This document shows, piece after piece, positions 50,507 through 64,000 of a stretch of 64,000 nt of DNA (its first letter is position 1; every line of letters begins with the position of its first letter). A program made the position numbers and the translations under genes. The notes under the pieces are model-generated. The model did no database searches. It saw only the letters and a list, made by a program, of their open reading frames with translations, and was not told the DNA's origin. The stretch is taken from assembly GCA_010093705.1 (NCBI GenBank), contig MU006101.1, forward strand, positions 124,001-188,000. Reading direction: 5' to 3'. The stretch is from Patellaria atrata CBS 101060. Its lineage: Eukaryota.

Positions 50507-51514
50507 ATGGACGCCCTCCGCTCCGCCCTGCAACCAATAACCCACAACCTCCCCACCCCCCTCCTAAAAACCGGCCTCCACCTCCTCGGCCCCCACTGTT
50601 ACAAAACCCTCCTGCTGGACGTCGACCCCCTCTCCTCCCCCCCCTGCGTCAAACTCCTCATCTCCAAAACCCTCGGAATTGGCATCATAGCCGCCTCCTC
50701 CATTGTCAAGCTCCCGCAACTCCTCAAAATCCTCTCCTCGCGCTCGGGGTCCGGGATCTCCTTCCTCAGCTATCTGCTCGAGACCGCGGCATACTTGATC
50801 GGGTTGGCGTACAACACGCGCCACGGCTTCCCGTTTAGCACCTACGGCGAGACGGCCCTGATTGCCGTGCAGAACGTCGCGATCGCGGTCGCGGTGTTGC
50901 ATTTCGGCGGGCGGGACGCCGGGGCCGCTGTCTTCGTGGCTGGCCTGGCGGCGGCGGCGTGGGCGCTGTTCAGCGCGGACGTGGTGGATATGCGGATGTT
51001 GGGGGTTTTGCAGGCGGGGGCGGGGGTCTTGGGTGTTGCGAGTAAGATGCCGCAGATTTGGACGTGTTGGAGGGAGGGCGGCACGGGGGTGTTGAGTGCT
51101 TTTGCTGTGAGTTCACCTGCCCTATCTAACCTAACCTACGCACTCGCTCTGTGATCACTGTGTTGCTACCCTATGATTGGATAGGGAAGAACGTGGGAAA
51201 TTGGATAGGATGTTGGCTGATTTGCGCGCGTGTGTGTGATGTAGGTCTTCAACTACCTGGCCGGCTCCCTTTCCCGCATTTTCACCACACTCCAGGAAGT
51301 CGATGATCCTTTGATTCTGTACGGTTTTGTCGCCGGCTTCGCGCTGAATGCCGTCCTCGCTGCGCAGATGATATACTACTGGAACAGTCCCTCCAGCAAG
51401 ACAACTCCCTCTCGCAAAGCTGAGAAACCCATCATCCATCAGGAGAAGGTGAGGGAGGGTACTACAACGGGAGCGCAGAAGGGGAAGAGCCCAAGCACGA
51501 GGCGTAGGGGTTGA
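50507..51514 (+). CDS. MPDU1: Mannose-P-dolichol utilization defect 1 (MPDU1/Lec35) PQ-loop protein
   Basis: SKTLGIGIIAASSIVKLPQLLKI, FPFSTYGET and SKMPQIW..GTGVLSAFA, intron ~51107-51245, then VFNYLAGSLSRIFTTLQEVDDPLILYGF. Confidence 0.92.
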
Positions 51515-52206
51515 TTTCCATAGGTTAGAAGGGAGAATTATTGTTGGGATAAATGGTAGAGGGGGACTCAACAGATAGAATCGGCTATTATGAAGCTACT
51601 AATACTGATACATTATTCGCTGTGCTTCCAAACCCATCTGCAACGTATAGCATTCTCAGGGGCCCAGAACCATCTGTCCCCGCGCACACAACCGCTATTG
51701 GTGTCGGGCGGTCCATAAAATTCGAGGCTGCGATGGAGCCCGTAACGACTGCTTAAGGAATTGGTTTCGTACAGAAGTCTTGGAAACCTTTGTGAAGGTC
51801 TTGATCGATAACTTTTTCAGCGGGTGAACTCGTAGGATGTAGAACCTCCAAATCGAAAGATGACGGGAAGCCAAGGTCTGCTTTTCGTATCGTTCTTTGG
51901 ATGGTTTAAAATTCGTAGAGCAGAGAAACAGTAGCGATCGCCAAAGGGAATAGACGAGTGCGTACGGCTCCACTCTTTTTTACTCTTGAGGAGATATAGC
52001 ACAGTAGATGTGAAAGAAGTCGGGTGTTCGGTAAAAGTGTCTCAAGAGGGAAAAGATATGCTAATGTCCAAGGTCTGATTCCAGATGCCACCGAAGATAC
52101 GGTCTGAAATCAGAGGCATTCGTACTTCTGGAAATAGTCTAGCTTTTCCATAGGATCGTAGGATACTAAGAGCGCAAGTCTGTCCTCGTACAACGCGTCA
52201 TATGGC

Positions 52207-52953
52207 TCACCTCCTCGCTGGTCTCTCCACAGGTGCAGTGCGGGGCTCTGGCTCCTTCCCGGTCATCGAGAACCTCAGGATATCCTCCAGTGGAGTCATC
52301 TGTTCTGCAGCGCACATCGTCTCCGTATCCATTTCATTTCCCTTATCATCTTCCTCATCACCTTCCTCATCACCTTCCTCACTGTCTTCCCCTTCCACGT
52401 CTTGTCCGTCCACCAGAACCGCCTTCGCGATGTCATTTGCGGCCGGTCCCGCCCATTCCCACAGCTCTCGGAGTTCTTGTGTACTCATCCCGGTACCAGG
52501 CTCCCTGTCTCGTATGGCTTCACCTCGTTTGCGCGCATCTTCAACGAACTCCTCCGCGTCTGTTTCGAGCTTCTTGCGTAGAAGAGATGAGACAACATTA
52601 TCGTTCTCTTGCTTCTTCATTGTAGGAAGGGGATGTACGTGCATGGAGCGTAGGAGAGCTTGGTTCTCGTCGGTTGAAATGATGGTATTGAGGGACTGGA
52701 GGGCGGCGGTTGCGTTGTTGAATGAGGTTTGGAGAAGGGGCCTATCTCACCGTTAGAATAGCTGAACTTGGCTTGTTTGGGCCAAATCTGGTCAGAAAGA
52801 GCTGGAGGAACTTTACCAGTTTGGCATAGGGTCATATTGATCCAGATAGTGGGCGATGCTGCCGCGACCTTCGAGCGTACCGATGAACTGGACGAGGCGC
52901 TGGCGGATTTGCTCGAGTTGTTGGATCTCCGTCAGTGGCTCAGGATTGTCCAT
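52207..52953 (-). CDS. MED8: Mediator of RNA polymerase II transcription subunit 8
   Basis: Exon 1 MDNPEPLTEIQQLEQIRQRL..PMPNW, an intron, then LLQTSF..HPLP..SLLRKKLE..ELWEWAG..PLEDILRFSMTG. This matches the fungal Med8 pattern. Confidence 0.75.
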
Positions 52954-53906
52954 TTTGATTATATGAGATACGAGGTATAATAGTTAGGGGCAATAAGCAG
53001 GCCAATTGCACGACGTAAGTCGGACTGAGAAGAAAAGAAGAAGAAGAAGACAAGGTAAAGCTCATGCAAACAAAACAACGCGTGTTGGTGCGCGGGGTCG
53101 CGGGGTCGCGGATGCGGGACAGGAACCCGCCGATTACATAATCCGTTTGGGCTTTCCCGGTCCCGTTCCATCGGGCTGTTATACAAAGCCTACTTCCCCT
53201 ATGGCCCTCAATCATATTCCATTCTAATCTCCCCTATCATGTCCAAATCTACCAAATTGGATAACTATTTATCGAGAATGTCTGGTTCTATAACATGTAT
53301 TGTTTCCGGTCTAAATAGTTACACATGAAGCTAATAGGAATTTAGAGTCCAGTTCATTCTCATCAAAATATACTGCTCATGGGAGGATCTGAAATATATT
53401 CCTCGGATACTATGTAGAGGCAAAACATTGACAGCAAAAATAATACCACGGGCCGTCGGGCTAAGTCCTACGTCTTCTCTTGTTTCGGTTGACCCTTCTC
53501 AGATACCGCTCTGTACTGTGCGCTTACAGTAACACATTTCTCGGAGTACAAGGCAGTTAACTTGGGCCGGATCCCACTGCGTTGCACAGTTCGAGTAGTA
53601 TGCCCCATGCAGGACAGAATACATTCGGCTGGTAGGTGTCGACATGACGGGACGTTTTCATGAGGTTACCCCTGGCGCGATACACTCCCTGTACGGAGTA
53701 CGCATAAGGTGTCCAGTGTCCAGTAATACCAGATTCTGCTCGATGGTACGCACACTTGGAACCGCACGGCGTTGATTGAGTACTGAGATCCTATACGTGG
53801 ATTGTATCGTACGAAACGAATATTGGAGCCCAACTGACGAGCTCTCGTGGGCACCATGATGGAATACGGCGACCAGTTCTAGATGGGAAACATCCAACTT
53901 ATCCAT

Positions 53907-55589
53907 TCATCGGTCCATGATCTCGCCAGCAAACTTGCTTCTCGCCCTAATCCTTGGTCCATAGAAGACAAGCACCCAGGGTACAAGAGTCAACAACGCT
54001 CCAATACCGCCCAGCATACTGGAAGCCCCACCATATGTCAACCGGTTGTACATCTGCGTAGTCACAAGTGGAAAGACACCACCTAGCATATTCCGACAAA
54101 AGCTTTGAGCAGCTAGTGCGGAGCTGGCATATCGATGATATGTATCGGCCAGATAGTTGAATACGGCAAGGTAAATGGAGAAAATACCCACGGTAGCGAT
54201 TCCTACAGCAATGCTAGGAACGATCCAGTGAATATTACGGAAAGATGTCCAGCCGAACATGAACATGCCAATAGGCATGAGCGCGCTTTCGACACAGCTG
54301 AAGTACAGCCGTCCTTCGGGAGTCGACGCAATCTTCCCGTACCGCAAAGCAATCTTTTCCTGGTATATACTTAGAAGAGTTGAAAGGATACTTGCTACGC
54401 TCATGGCAGCAAAGACCGCATTAGCTTGAGAGAGTGTAAAGTCGTGGTTAGTGGTGAAGACAAGAGGGATAGCAGCTAATGTGAGATAGAGAACCGCCCA
54501 GCTGAAGGAGACCCAGAGGCTAAAGAAGAATACAACGGGTTCGGTCAGAAGCAGGTGAAAAGGACGATATAGTGATATCCCAATCATCACGCGGAGACTG
54601 CTGCGTTCCTCATCGGACTTCACTTTCCAGCGGACGCGTTGTGAGATAACTTTGGATCCGTCGTCCATAGGCATATTTACACCGCAAAGACCAACCTGTT
54701 CCCGGGCTTCATACCAACTGTTCAGAACCTCGGCTTTTCGACTCAGGAGAACACTACCTCGAGTCTCTTTAAAGAACGTAATGATAATGATCATAATGAC
54801 ACCATCGACAATGGTCTGGAGGTAGAATATCCACCGCCACGTAGTGTACTGAGCGACGAATCCGCATATCAAGGGGCCAAATCCGGTTCCAAACAGTGCA
54901 GCACCCGAAAATAACGCCATCGGAGTGTTTCGATCTTCAGTATGGTAGATGTCGCTCACGACACCACCTACCATTGTGGAGAATGTTGAGCCACCAACAC
55001 CGGCGAAGAATCGAGCCGCAAGCATACCTCCGTATGACTGAGTGAGGGCACAACATAACTGGCATAGAACAAAAAGGGTACCACTGATGATAAACACCGG
55101 CCGCCTGCCATTGATCTCCGAAAAGGGGGCAAGTACCATCGGCGCAATAGCAAACCCGGTGGTAAATGTGGTAACCCCAACTAGAGCTGCCACATCACTG
55201 ACTCCCCACTCGTCTGTCATTTGGTCCAATGCTGGAGTATATGCTCCAGCCGTGAACGCTGTAAATGTTGTCGCCACGCATGATAACAGTATTATAAAGT
55301 TTTTCCGGGCTTTCGACCACTCGAAGGGGGATGTATACTGCTTCAAATCCGGGGCAGCTGGGCCAGTCTGACCACCTCTATTCTCCAGTCGGGAAGGAGC
55401 AGGTAGCTGGGTCTCGTATGTCAGGTAATGATATACAATCTCTTCGTCTTCTTCATCACTTGAGATGTTGTCCTCAGATCCCATTTCTTTTTCAAACTCT
55501 TCTTTGCCGGACAAATTATCTCCGGAACTACTCCTCGGGTCATTGAACACAGAAGGGCTCCTTGGCAGCTCTACCTCGGGGTCTGCCAT
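53907..55589 (-). CDS. MFS transporter, DHA1 drug:H+ antiporter family
   Basis: Intronless ORF from MADPEVELP, with PFEWSKARK, APFSEINGRRPV, ARFFAGVGGS, GGVVSDIY, WRWIF, PEGRL and NYLADTYHRYASSALAAQSFCRN. Confidence 0.95.
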   Translation of the reverse strand: MADPEVELPRSPSVFNDPRSSSGDNLSGKEEFEKEMGSEDNISSDEEDEEIVYHYLTYETQLPAPSRLENRGGQTGPAAPDLKQYTSPFEWSKARKNFIILLSCVATTFTAFTAGAYTPALDQMTDEWGVSDVAALVGVTTFTTGFAIAPMVLAPFSEINGRRPVFIISGTLFVLCQLCCALTQSYGGMLAARFFAGVGGSTFSTMVGGVVSDIYHTEDRNTPMALFSGAALFGTGFGPLICGFVAQYTTWRWIFYLQTIVDGVIMIIIITFFKETRGSVLLSRKAEVLNSWYEAREQVGLCGVNMPMDDGSKVISQRVRWKVKSDEERSSLRVMIGISLYRPFHLLLTEPVVFFFSLWVSFSWAVLYLTLAAIPLVFTTNHDFTLSQANAVFAAMSVASILSTLLSIYQEKIALRYGKIASTPEGRLYFSCVESALMPIGMFMFGWTSFRNIHWIVPSIAVGIATVGIFSIYLAVFNYLADTYHRYASSALAAQSFCRNMLGGVFPLVTTQMYNRLTYGGASSMLGGIGALLTLVPWVLVFYGPRIRARSKFAGEIMDR

Positions 55590-57017
55590 CTTTAGAAAGA
55601 AAAGGGGACGAGAAAAAGCAGTGATTGAGAAGAGACAGCGGTACTTGTGGCATTTGATATGTAGATAAGATGGAAAAAAGCATGACTGAAGGAAATAATA
55701 CAAGTGGCAGATGGATATAATACGTATACGTTAGTAAACGGCGGGGAGAAGAGTGATGCTCCAGTTAGCAGTGGGAATAAAGTCCCTTGGATGATACTAC
55801 AGACCCACCGCATCATAGCCCATCATACTATCCGTCTAACCGTCAAACACCCAGGCGAGGAGGCGGCACGACAGCTACCTGAGTGGTGGTTCGGCTGTTA
55901 GCTATCAACGCACTGGGAAGATGTCTTGGATGCGGCCCAGCACGGCAAGACCAATCTACGCGGGCACGCCGCTACTTCTAGGTAATTGGGACGACACTTT
56001 GCATCTCGCACACGTCGCGTCTGAAGATTCTGCAGAGCGCTGCAAACCTTCCTGCAAATGGTGCATAGGCTGGTTGGAAAAGGTGGGAAAAGGTGGGAAG
56101 AGATGAGAAAGTGGCCAATACCCTTCAGCTCCGAGTTAACACCTTGCCAGGGCGATCGACGTACTGTGATTTCGAACCCTGCAGCAAAGAAGACTTGGGG
56201 ATGCTGGAGCAAGCTTATGAGCTTTTCCTTCCCGGTATGTATGTCCAGCTGAAAGTTACGGGAGTCCCATAAAGAAAACCATGACTGTTATGTTGATACT
56301 AGGCCCGTAAGGTGAGTAGTATTTGTATGGAATCCGCTTGCACTTATTTACTGAGGAAAATGTTAGCACACATATGAAACTTGACCCATTCTCCACCCGT
56401 CCCCGTCATCGGTGTAGGGTACGGAGGTACGGCTACCAAGTTCTTTTGATCGTTGATGCGGGAATAATGACTCTCGGTATTTGCCGCGGTGATCTTTGGT
56501 GGGTAGAGCATCCGTAATCCCATATCTCTGACCTTGGGCCGGATACAAGCACTCAGGAAATGCTTCAGCGATATCTTGTTTAACCGTGATAATAAGATAT
56601 GAGGTTGGTTCAAGGCACAGGGAGGAGGAAAATTGTCGAATTGCAAACCTTGAAAAAATCCTTTTCGGATGTGCGTCGCTTGGCGCTTCGCGACCTAGAA
56701 TTAGCAATCCTTCCCGTCAGCTTTGCCATGTCTATTTCTCCTCTGTTAGTTCTACTCTTTTCTGTACGAATAGTACACACTATACGAGTATCACGCTTGT
56801 TACGAACAAATAGTAGTTATGAAACGAACCAACCAACCTATAAATACACGTGGTAGTACAAAGCAATACTGCTGATACTGCATGCTGGAATATCGACACA
56901 TCACATTTCTAGAGACCCAATAACTCCTCCGTAAATATGGACAACTCAACCGCCCGGAATCTAGACTACATTGACTCTACCCCACATGCTGAACTAAATG
57001 AACTCCACTCCCAACAT

Positions 57018-58833
57018 CTATAGCTTCATCCCCAAGGCCTTATGCACTCTGAGAGCCTGTCTGATACTCAAATCTAGCATGATCTCCTCGCTACCACCGG
57101 GGATAGCATAAGCTCTAACGTCTCGGTACAGCCTTTCTACCTTTGCACCTTGTCCACCTCTCGAGTAACTGAGTCCTCCGAATATCTGGCTTGCCTCTCT
57201 AGCACAGAACTCGAATGTGGTCGTTGATTGAGCTTTCAAACTGGCGATAGCACCGCCAAGTTTAAGCATAGCTTCCACTTCACCCATCTGCTGGCACTGA
57301 TAGATAAGATTCTCCATCCAGTTGTAGGAAGCTTCAATCTGTCGGGCCATGTGGGCTAGCTTGAGGCGGATGACCGGATGGTCTATTAGTCTCTTACCGA
57401 ATGTCTTACGCTTATGCGCGTATTTGACTGACTCTTCGTAGCAGACGCGAGAGAAGCGTACACATTGGATAATGATACCAATACGCTCGTGGTTGAAGTT
57501 GGTCATGATGACTGTAAGGCGGTCAGTATTTGGCCGAACCGAGAACAACGGATATAACATACCTTTGAAACCTTGGTTCTCCTTTCCAATCAAGTTCTCT
57601 ACTGGAACCTTGACGTCCTCGAAGGTAATATAAGTGGTACCGCTGCTCCAAACACCTTGACAATCCATCTTGCGGGTAGAAACACCACCCATACTGCGCT
57701 CGATCAAAAGAACGCTGACACCATTCATACCCGAACCTCCCGTGCGAACTGCAGTCGTGAAGTACTCTGACCAGACACCGTTGGTAATCCATTTCTTCTC
57801 ACCGTTGACGATGTAGTGCTTGCCGTCTTCTGAAAGTTTAGCTTCGCAGGTGAGATTTGCAACATCACTTCCAGCGTCTGGTTCTGTGATAGCGAGACAG
57901 ATTCGCTTTTCACCACTCAAGATCCCAGGCATGATGCGCTGCAGCAGTGCCTTCTTGCCGTGTTTCAAAACGGGTGGCCCACCAATACCGTAACCTCCGA
58001 TTAAGCTCCAGACCAGACCACCACTTCCAACGCGAGAGAGCTCGTCAGTGACGATCATTTCATGAAAATGGTCCCATTTCTCTGGCGGCACGCTCTTGAC
58101 GCGCTTATCGGTGTATTTTGCAGGATAATGAACCCCTAACAGACCCGCGAGGTATCCTCGTTCGCCCATCTCCTGGTATATCTCGTCTGGTACCTTCCTT
58201 GCCTCGTCCCACTCAGTAACATTGGGCATTAATTTCTCCTCAACCCATTCTCGTACCTCAGCTCGAAGATCGACATGTGTCTGGTTGAAGTATGGAGAGT
58301 GATACTAAGAATGGTGTAAGTACAAGATATTGAAAATCCAGCAGAGATCAATCCTACACTTTGATACCAATTAGGATCAGCATACGGTACAAGGTCTCCA
58401 AAAGTATCAAAAGCTTCGGATTCCTGCGGTGGGGACAAAGCAGACTTGGCAGATATGGTGCCTGATTCTGCTACCGGCTGAACCTTGTCCTCTTTCTCTT
58501 GGGGAGATGCGGGTGGAGTAGGAGGTGTAGCTTCCTTGGGTTTGGAATCCAAAGAACCGATTTGAAGCTGTTTCCTGTATTTCTTCAGGATGCTGTCGTT
58601 ATGGTATTTCCAGAATTGCTTTGAAGCGTCTTTTCCCGCAACTCGCTGCAAAACTATGATGAATTAGATGCGCCATGATAGGAAGTGTATTAATGGATTA
58701 ACATACTCTTCTTTCCACCTGGATGTTCGTCCTGGAACTTTGTCAGATCATAGACATCTTCGTCTACGATGATGTACAAGTTATCAGACTTGTTATGTGA
58801 CGCCACATCCGCTTTGGAGAATGTCTTTGACAT
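57018..58833 (-). CDS. Acyl-CoA dehydrogenase with N-terminal cytochrome b5 domain
   Basis: VYDLTKFQDEHPGG..AGKDASKQFWKYH (b5 heme motif), then CLAITEPDAGSDVA, NGEKKWITNG, IMTNFNHER, QIFGGLSY and AIPGGSEEIM. Three introns. Confidence 0.95.
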
Positions 58834-61060
58834 GGTTATAGACGAGGATAGGAGTGGATGTAGATGTGGAGGTGGAAGAGGTGTCAACTGGGCTGTCTTA
58901 CAACAATGAAAGGCGATGACGCCGGATTAAAAGTGGTACTCGGGGTTGGCCGTTCACATGTGATAGCTCGTGTTACCCCGTGGAGAGCCGCAAGATCCAG
59001 CTCAAGTGTGGGGTTTGGAGAAGGTCACGGTACCTTTTTGAGATTACTTTTCCCGAGGTACTATTGGCCACCAGTAGAAGATTGGAATCGGTGGCGGTCA
59101 AATTTCTCCTGATACGTTCGAAAGTGTCTGTGACATCGACGCAAAGCCCCAAGGCCGATGATGCAAGTCATGCAACCTGCTTTATACCGAGGTTTCCGGC
59201 CGAATGTAGAATAGCCGTTTTGGTTGCCGACCTTCCATCTTGAAAATGCCTCCAAACATCACGGGCAGCGTTCACCATCTGATGGGACAATATCGCGCTA
59301 CACATTCGTGAATAGTCTTGAATTAATAGACTTATACTCACTTCGCGATTCTAAATTCAGAGCACGGGAGAGCACCAACTCAGCAACAGATCGAAAAGAT
59401 ACCGTCCTACGTTTACAAATATCTTTGAACATATTATTACAATAGAATATGCGCTTTCTACCATACCTTCCACTCTTTGAGATAGAATATGAGCAGAAAC
59501 GGTCACATATTACTCGATGTTATTCCAACGGAAAGGGGAATTTGGCTACTGAACTTTTGGAGGAGTCGAGAAAAGTCTCTTAAGATCCCAAGTGTTCAGA
59601 AGATACTGCGTCTACACGATTGGTATCATGCATCGATTCATAGGATTGAGATTTGAGGTATCCGCATAACCCAAACGCCATGTATCTTTATCCAACTATG
59701 AACACCCATCATTCGTAGACATCAAAAACCGCGCTCCATAGCAGAGAGTATTGGCAGTTATCCGATTCCCATAGCTCACAGCACTCGTAATGTCCTATCT
59801 TTTCCTCTCGAAGTAACCACTCGAGCTCATGAGAGCGACACTCTGGTCCATAACCACCTCTCCTACCCATAGGTAGTTGTCAACCCATCGTTTCAGCTCT
59901 GAACGTTCGTTGAAAGCATCTTGTTTTAGACTAGGGCTAAGGTCCCATAGAGTGGGAAACGTCAGTCGAGCTTTCTCATTCAAATATCTGCAAAAGCAGG
60001 ACGATTTTTGTTGGGCGATATTGAACAGGAACGGCAACAGGGTGAAAAGGAGGGTGGAGTCCTACGTGAGACCTGTCGATCGCTTCACACCTGCAAGAAA
60101 GCACGATACTAGATATTCGGGTTAGTGAAAAGGTTATAGAGTATAGAGTATCTAGGCGACGTACATAGCACAGCATCGAACGCGTAATGTGTTAACCTTC
60201 CGAGCTGTTTTTTGAGAATGTAAGTATCGGGCCTGACGGCTATTATACTTGTGAGACACATACAACCATGGTGCATATACTAATGCTATAGTTTAAGATT
60301 GATGATTGTTCCCTAGGAGCTATTTGACTGTACTTTCGAGGTGTGTTAGGAGGAACGTGGAAGGGAAGAAAATCCAATAGGATCCGGTATTTTCAGCGGA
60401 TCGGTGTAGAGCTTTTATTAGGCGGAAGCAGGTACAAAAGGTACAACGAACCATCGGCGGAAGGAGCCACTATTTTCCGGCCATTGCTCTTTCCATTATC
60501 AATTATCAGGATAGCGGGGTTGTTTTCCAGGTTAAAATCTAAGGTGACAGCTGAGGTGAAGCAGGGCCAGCAGCTTGACGACCAACGCGTGCAGGAAGCT
60601 GTGGACTACCTTACCTCAACTCTTACAAGACCCTTTTACATCACCCGCAATTTGTTTTTCTTATGGTCAGAATCAAAATCTACGCAATTGCATGGTTATC
60701 CACTACTTTGCTTCTTCCTGCGAGTATCGCACCCAATAGTCCAATACTCAATTCTCCCCCGTCTCTTTAAAAGGCCTCAAATATCTCTCCGTGTCATTTC
60801 CTACTCCCTCAACTTTTCTAATTATCCCTCAATCTTTGAATAATTTTCTTCCTTCCTTTTGGAGCTATTGCATTAACTTCGGATAGCTCTGAAGTTGGTT
60901 TTTTTGTCCCACCAAGGGTCCCCACCATACCCGTTGCATACTGTCTCGCTTGCTGTTGGTCTCAACCTTTTCAACAACCCGTCAAGACATTTAACAAACG
61001 ACACTTCCACCTACTCACTCCTAATCTCGAATCTTTTGAAAAAGGTTCATCTGCAACAGA

Positions 61061-63023
61061 ATGGCTAACGCTTTGGATCATCTCAATGCCGGGCGCACCA
61101 GGATTGAGTGGCTATCGCAGCTCAACACTGAGTATCACCCCGCTAAGAACTACCGCCGAACCTCTATCATCTGCACCATTGGTAGGACCTTTTTTTTCTG
61201 GATACTAAGTTTGCTAAAACTGTAGTGCAGCAATATGAGAATACTCTTATCAATCTGGATTGAAACTTACATTTGGCAGGGCCGAAGACGAACTCTGCTG
61301 AGAAGATCAACCTCCTCCGAAAAGGTCGGACATCAACGTCATCAACGAAACTCTGAATATGCTAACCTTCCACAGCCGGTCTCAATGTTGTACGAATGAA
61401 CTTCTCGCATGGTTCATACGAGGTACGCCCCTAAATCAACGAATCATCCCTATCATTCCGCTGACCTCTTACTTCCTAACAGTATCATCAATCCGTAATC
61501 GACAATGCTCGAGCTGCAGAAAAGGCCCAACCGGGAAGACCACTAGCCATCGCTCTCGATACCGTATGTTTACCCTATACTTTCCACTCCTCTCTACCAT
61601 GGATATATTTTTGACTGTAACAGAAAGGACCTGAGATCAGGACCGGTAACACTGTCAACGACGAGGACCTACCGATTAGCGCCGGTGACGAAATCAACAT
61701 TACCACAGATGATAAATATGCAACTGCAAGTGACAACAAGAATATGTAAGTCGTAAAGGAGAAAGTAGTTCCTCCTCAACTGTAGACTAACGACGTTCTT
61801 AGGTTCGTCGACTATAAGAACATCACCAAGGTGATCGAGAAAGGACGCACAATCTATGTTGATGACGGCATTCTGTCCTTCGAGGTCCTTGAGGTCGTAG
61901 ACGATAAGACTCTTAAGTGCAAGTGCATGAACAATGGCAAAATTTCGTCAAGGAAGGGCGTCAATCTTCCAAAGACAGATGTTGACCTACCTCCTTTGTC
62001 AGAGAAAGATAAAAACGACCTCCGATTCGGTGTGAAAAATGGTGTTGACATGATATTTGCTTCCTTTATCCGTCAAGGGAGCGATATCAAGGCCATTCGT
62101 GACGTCCTTGGAGAAGAAGGAAAGGATATCCAAATCATCGCCAAAGTCGAGAACCAGCAAGGTGTTAATAACTTTGACAGTATCTTGAAAGAGACCGATG
62201 GCGTGATGGTTGCTCGTGGAGATCTCGGCATCGAAATCCCCCCCGCTCAGGTTTTCATCGCTCAAAAGATGATGATCACCAAGTGCAACATTGCTGGTAA
62301 GCCTGCTATTTGCGCAACGCAGATGCTGGAGTCGATGACATACAACCCAAGACCTACTCGTGCCGAAGTGAGCGACGTCGGTAATGCGGTTCTGGATGGT
62401 GCCGACTGTGTCATGTTGTCCGGGGAGACCGCTAAAGGCAACTATCCGCAGGAAGCAGTTACGATCATGCATGAGACCTGCCTATTGGCGGAAATTGCTA
62501 TTCCGTACGTTAGTGCTTTCGACGAATTAAGGAGGTTGGCTCCAGTACCCTGCCCGACAACAGAAACATGCGCTATGGCTGCTGTCAGTGCAAGTCTAGA
62601 GCAAAACGCGGGTGCTATTGTCGTTCTCACCACCACTGGAAACAGTGCTCGTCTGATTTCCAAGTATCGTCCTGTCTGCCCAATCATTATGGTCACACGT
62701 AATGCCCGTGCCTCAAGGGTAAGCGTACCATTTCCATCTTTTGATATTTGTAGCTAATTGAAACGGAATAGTACTCCCATCTCTTCCGTGGGGTCTATCC
62801 CTTCTTGTTCAACGAACCCAAGCCCGATTTTAACAAGACACCGTGGCAGGAAGACGTAGATAAGCGTTTGATCTGGGGTATCACAAATGCTATCAAGCTG
62901 GGTGTTCTCAATAGGGGTGATCCAGTTATCTGTGTTCAAGGATGGAGAGGTGGTATGGGACATACTAATACTCTTCGTATCGTCCCCGCACAAGAAGATC
63001 TTGGTCTTAACCAGAACGCCTAA
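61061..63023 (+). CDS. pkiA: Pyruvate kinase
   Basis: [89 protein letters not shown] and MLSGETAKG. Multiple short 5' exons. Confidence 0.98.
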
Positions 63024-64000
63024 GCGTCGTGAACGTAATAAGTAAGTCCGGCCCCTGGCTATTCACGATAGATATCAGGTACAGGTTGGGGCAAAGCCCT
63101 TACAAGACGGCTATCCACTATCCTGTAACCGAGTGGTTCTTGGATGTTGTATCATTCAATAGAAATGCAAAAATGCTTGACGTACTATTAATTCCAAATG
63201 AAACTGGAAGTGATGACCTGGTCCCATTGTGAACTAGTGGTTGGTGAAGAGAGGCGTCCACGTTAAAATTGAAATCCTCGAGTTGATATAGAAAAGGAAA
63301 TGTGCAGTTATAGCCGCGGCAAGGGGGCTGAGGGGAATGCTGATCCGGTCCCCCGCCCAGCGCATTGGCCACCTCTCAAGGCTTTCCCGTCCCGTCGACG
63401 ATATTTCCTCAACTCATTGAGTTTTATGGCTCTGTTTCATCTCCTGTTAGGTATCTTCCATGAAGCAAATTGATATCAGGTCAGAGATGAATTCTGTTTA
63501 TGTTACTTCTATATCTTCACGCCGGATTTGATACTTCATTAGATTCCCAATACCGAGCAGTCGTCAGAGCACCGCAACTACTGATGTCATATATCTCTAC
63601 TTTTCCCGTCATACTGACTCTCCCATCGGCCCGTCCATATGGTAAACCGAGATTCTATCCCCATGTCAATGATAGTGTATCAGCAGAGTGGGATCGAGAC
63701 TGAACTTATTATGATGACATGGCTCTAGATCTCATACTAGTCCACCGAACCCCCTATCATTATAATCTCAACCATCGGTTTTGCCACTGTAGTTAGCATA
63801 ATGTCTCCAGGAATCTCAAATCGTGTAAGCATCATCACCGTTTCTAAGATCCGGAGCTGTACCGCTCGAAAGACGATCAGAACGGTAAGCTTTACTACGT
63901 TGGTATAATTGTCCTGCTTTAGTTCAGAATTGCGTTTAATTCCAGCCGCGGTTCATTATGATATTGTATAGAATGGCTACCAGATGCCTCCGCCTTTTGT

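Noticed and set aside
57018..57030. C-terminal MKL of the acyl-CoA dehydrogenase (and ASM of the MnSOD) as peroxisomal PTS1
   Set aside because: Neither matches the canonical (S/A/C)(K/R/H)(L/M) consensus, so targeting cannot be claimed from sequence.
59795..60843. ORFs between the acyl-CoA dehydrogenase and pyruvate kinase starts
   Set aside because: Non-ATG starts and no recognisable motifs; likely divergent promoter and 5' UTR sequence.

Overview
Eukaryotic, intron-containing DNA from a filamentous ascomycete (Pezizomycotina-like gene content; GT..AG introns with CTAAC/CTGAC branch points). It holds about 21 protein-coding genes and 2 probable pseudogenes. Recognisable conserved genes: TRAPPII subunit Trs130, mitochondrial aspartyl-tRNA synthetase, MPDU1, Mediator Med8, a DHA1 MFS transporter, a cytochrome-b5/acyl-CoA dehydrogenase fusion and pyruvate kinase. 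The accessory-looking middle (about 10-47 kb) holds the most interesting items. (1) A leaderless MnSOD lies head-to-head with a spliced, ligand-depleted Cu/Zn-SOD-fold gene, and their shared promoter has a cluster of Mac1-type GCTCA copper-response motifs. (2) An HSPA12-type Hsp70 lies head-to-head with a single-pass mucin-stalk membrane protein. (3) A 786-aa putative beta-pore-former-like gene and a 486-aa COOH-NH2-ligase-like gene sit between a Upc2-like Zn2Cys6 factor and an RTA1 gene. (4) There are two tandem frameshifted F-box-like pseudogenes and an 18-bp minisatellite spanning an assembly gap. I saw no rRNA, tRNA, CRISPR array or intact transposon. All family assignments come from motif recognition by eye, not from database searches.
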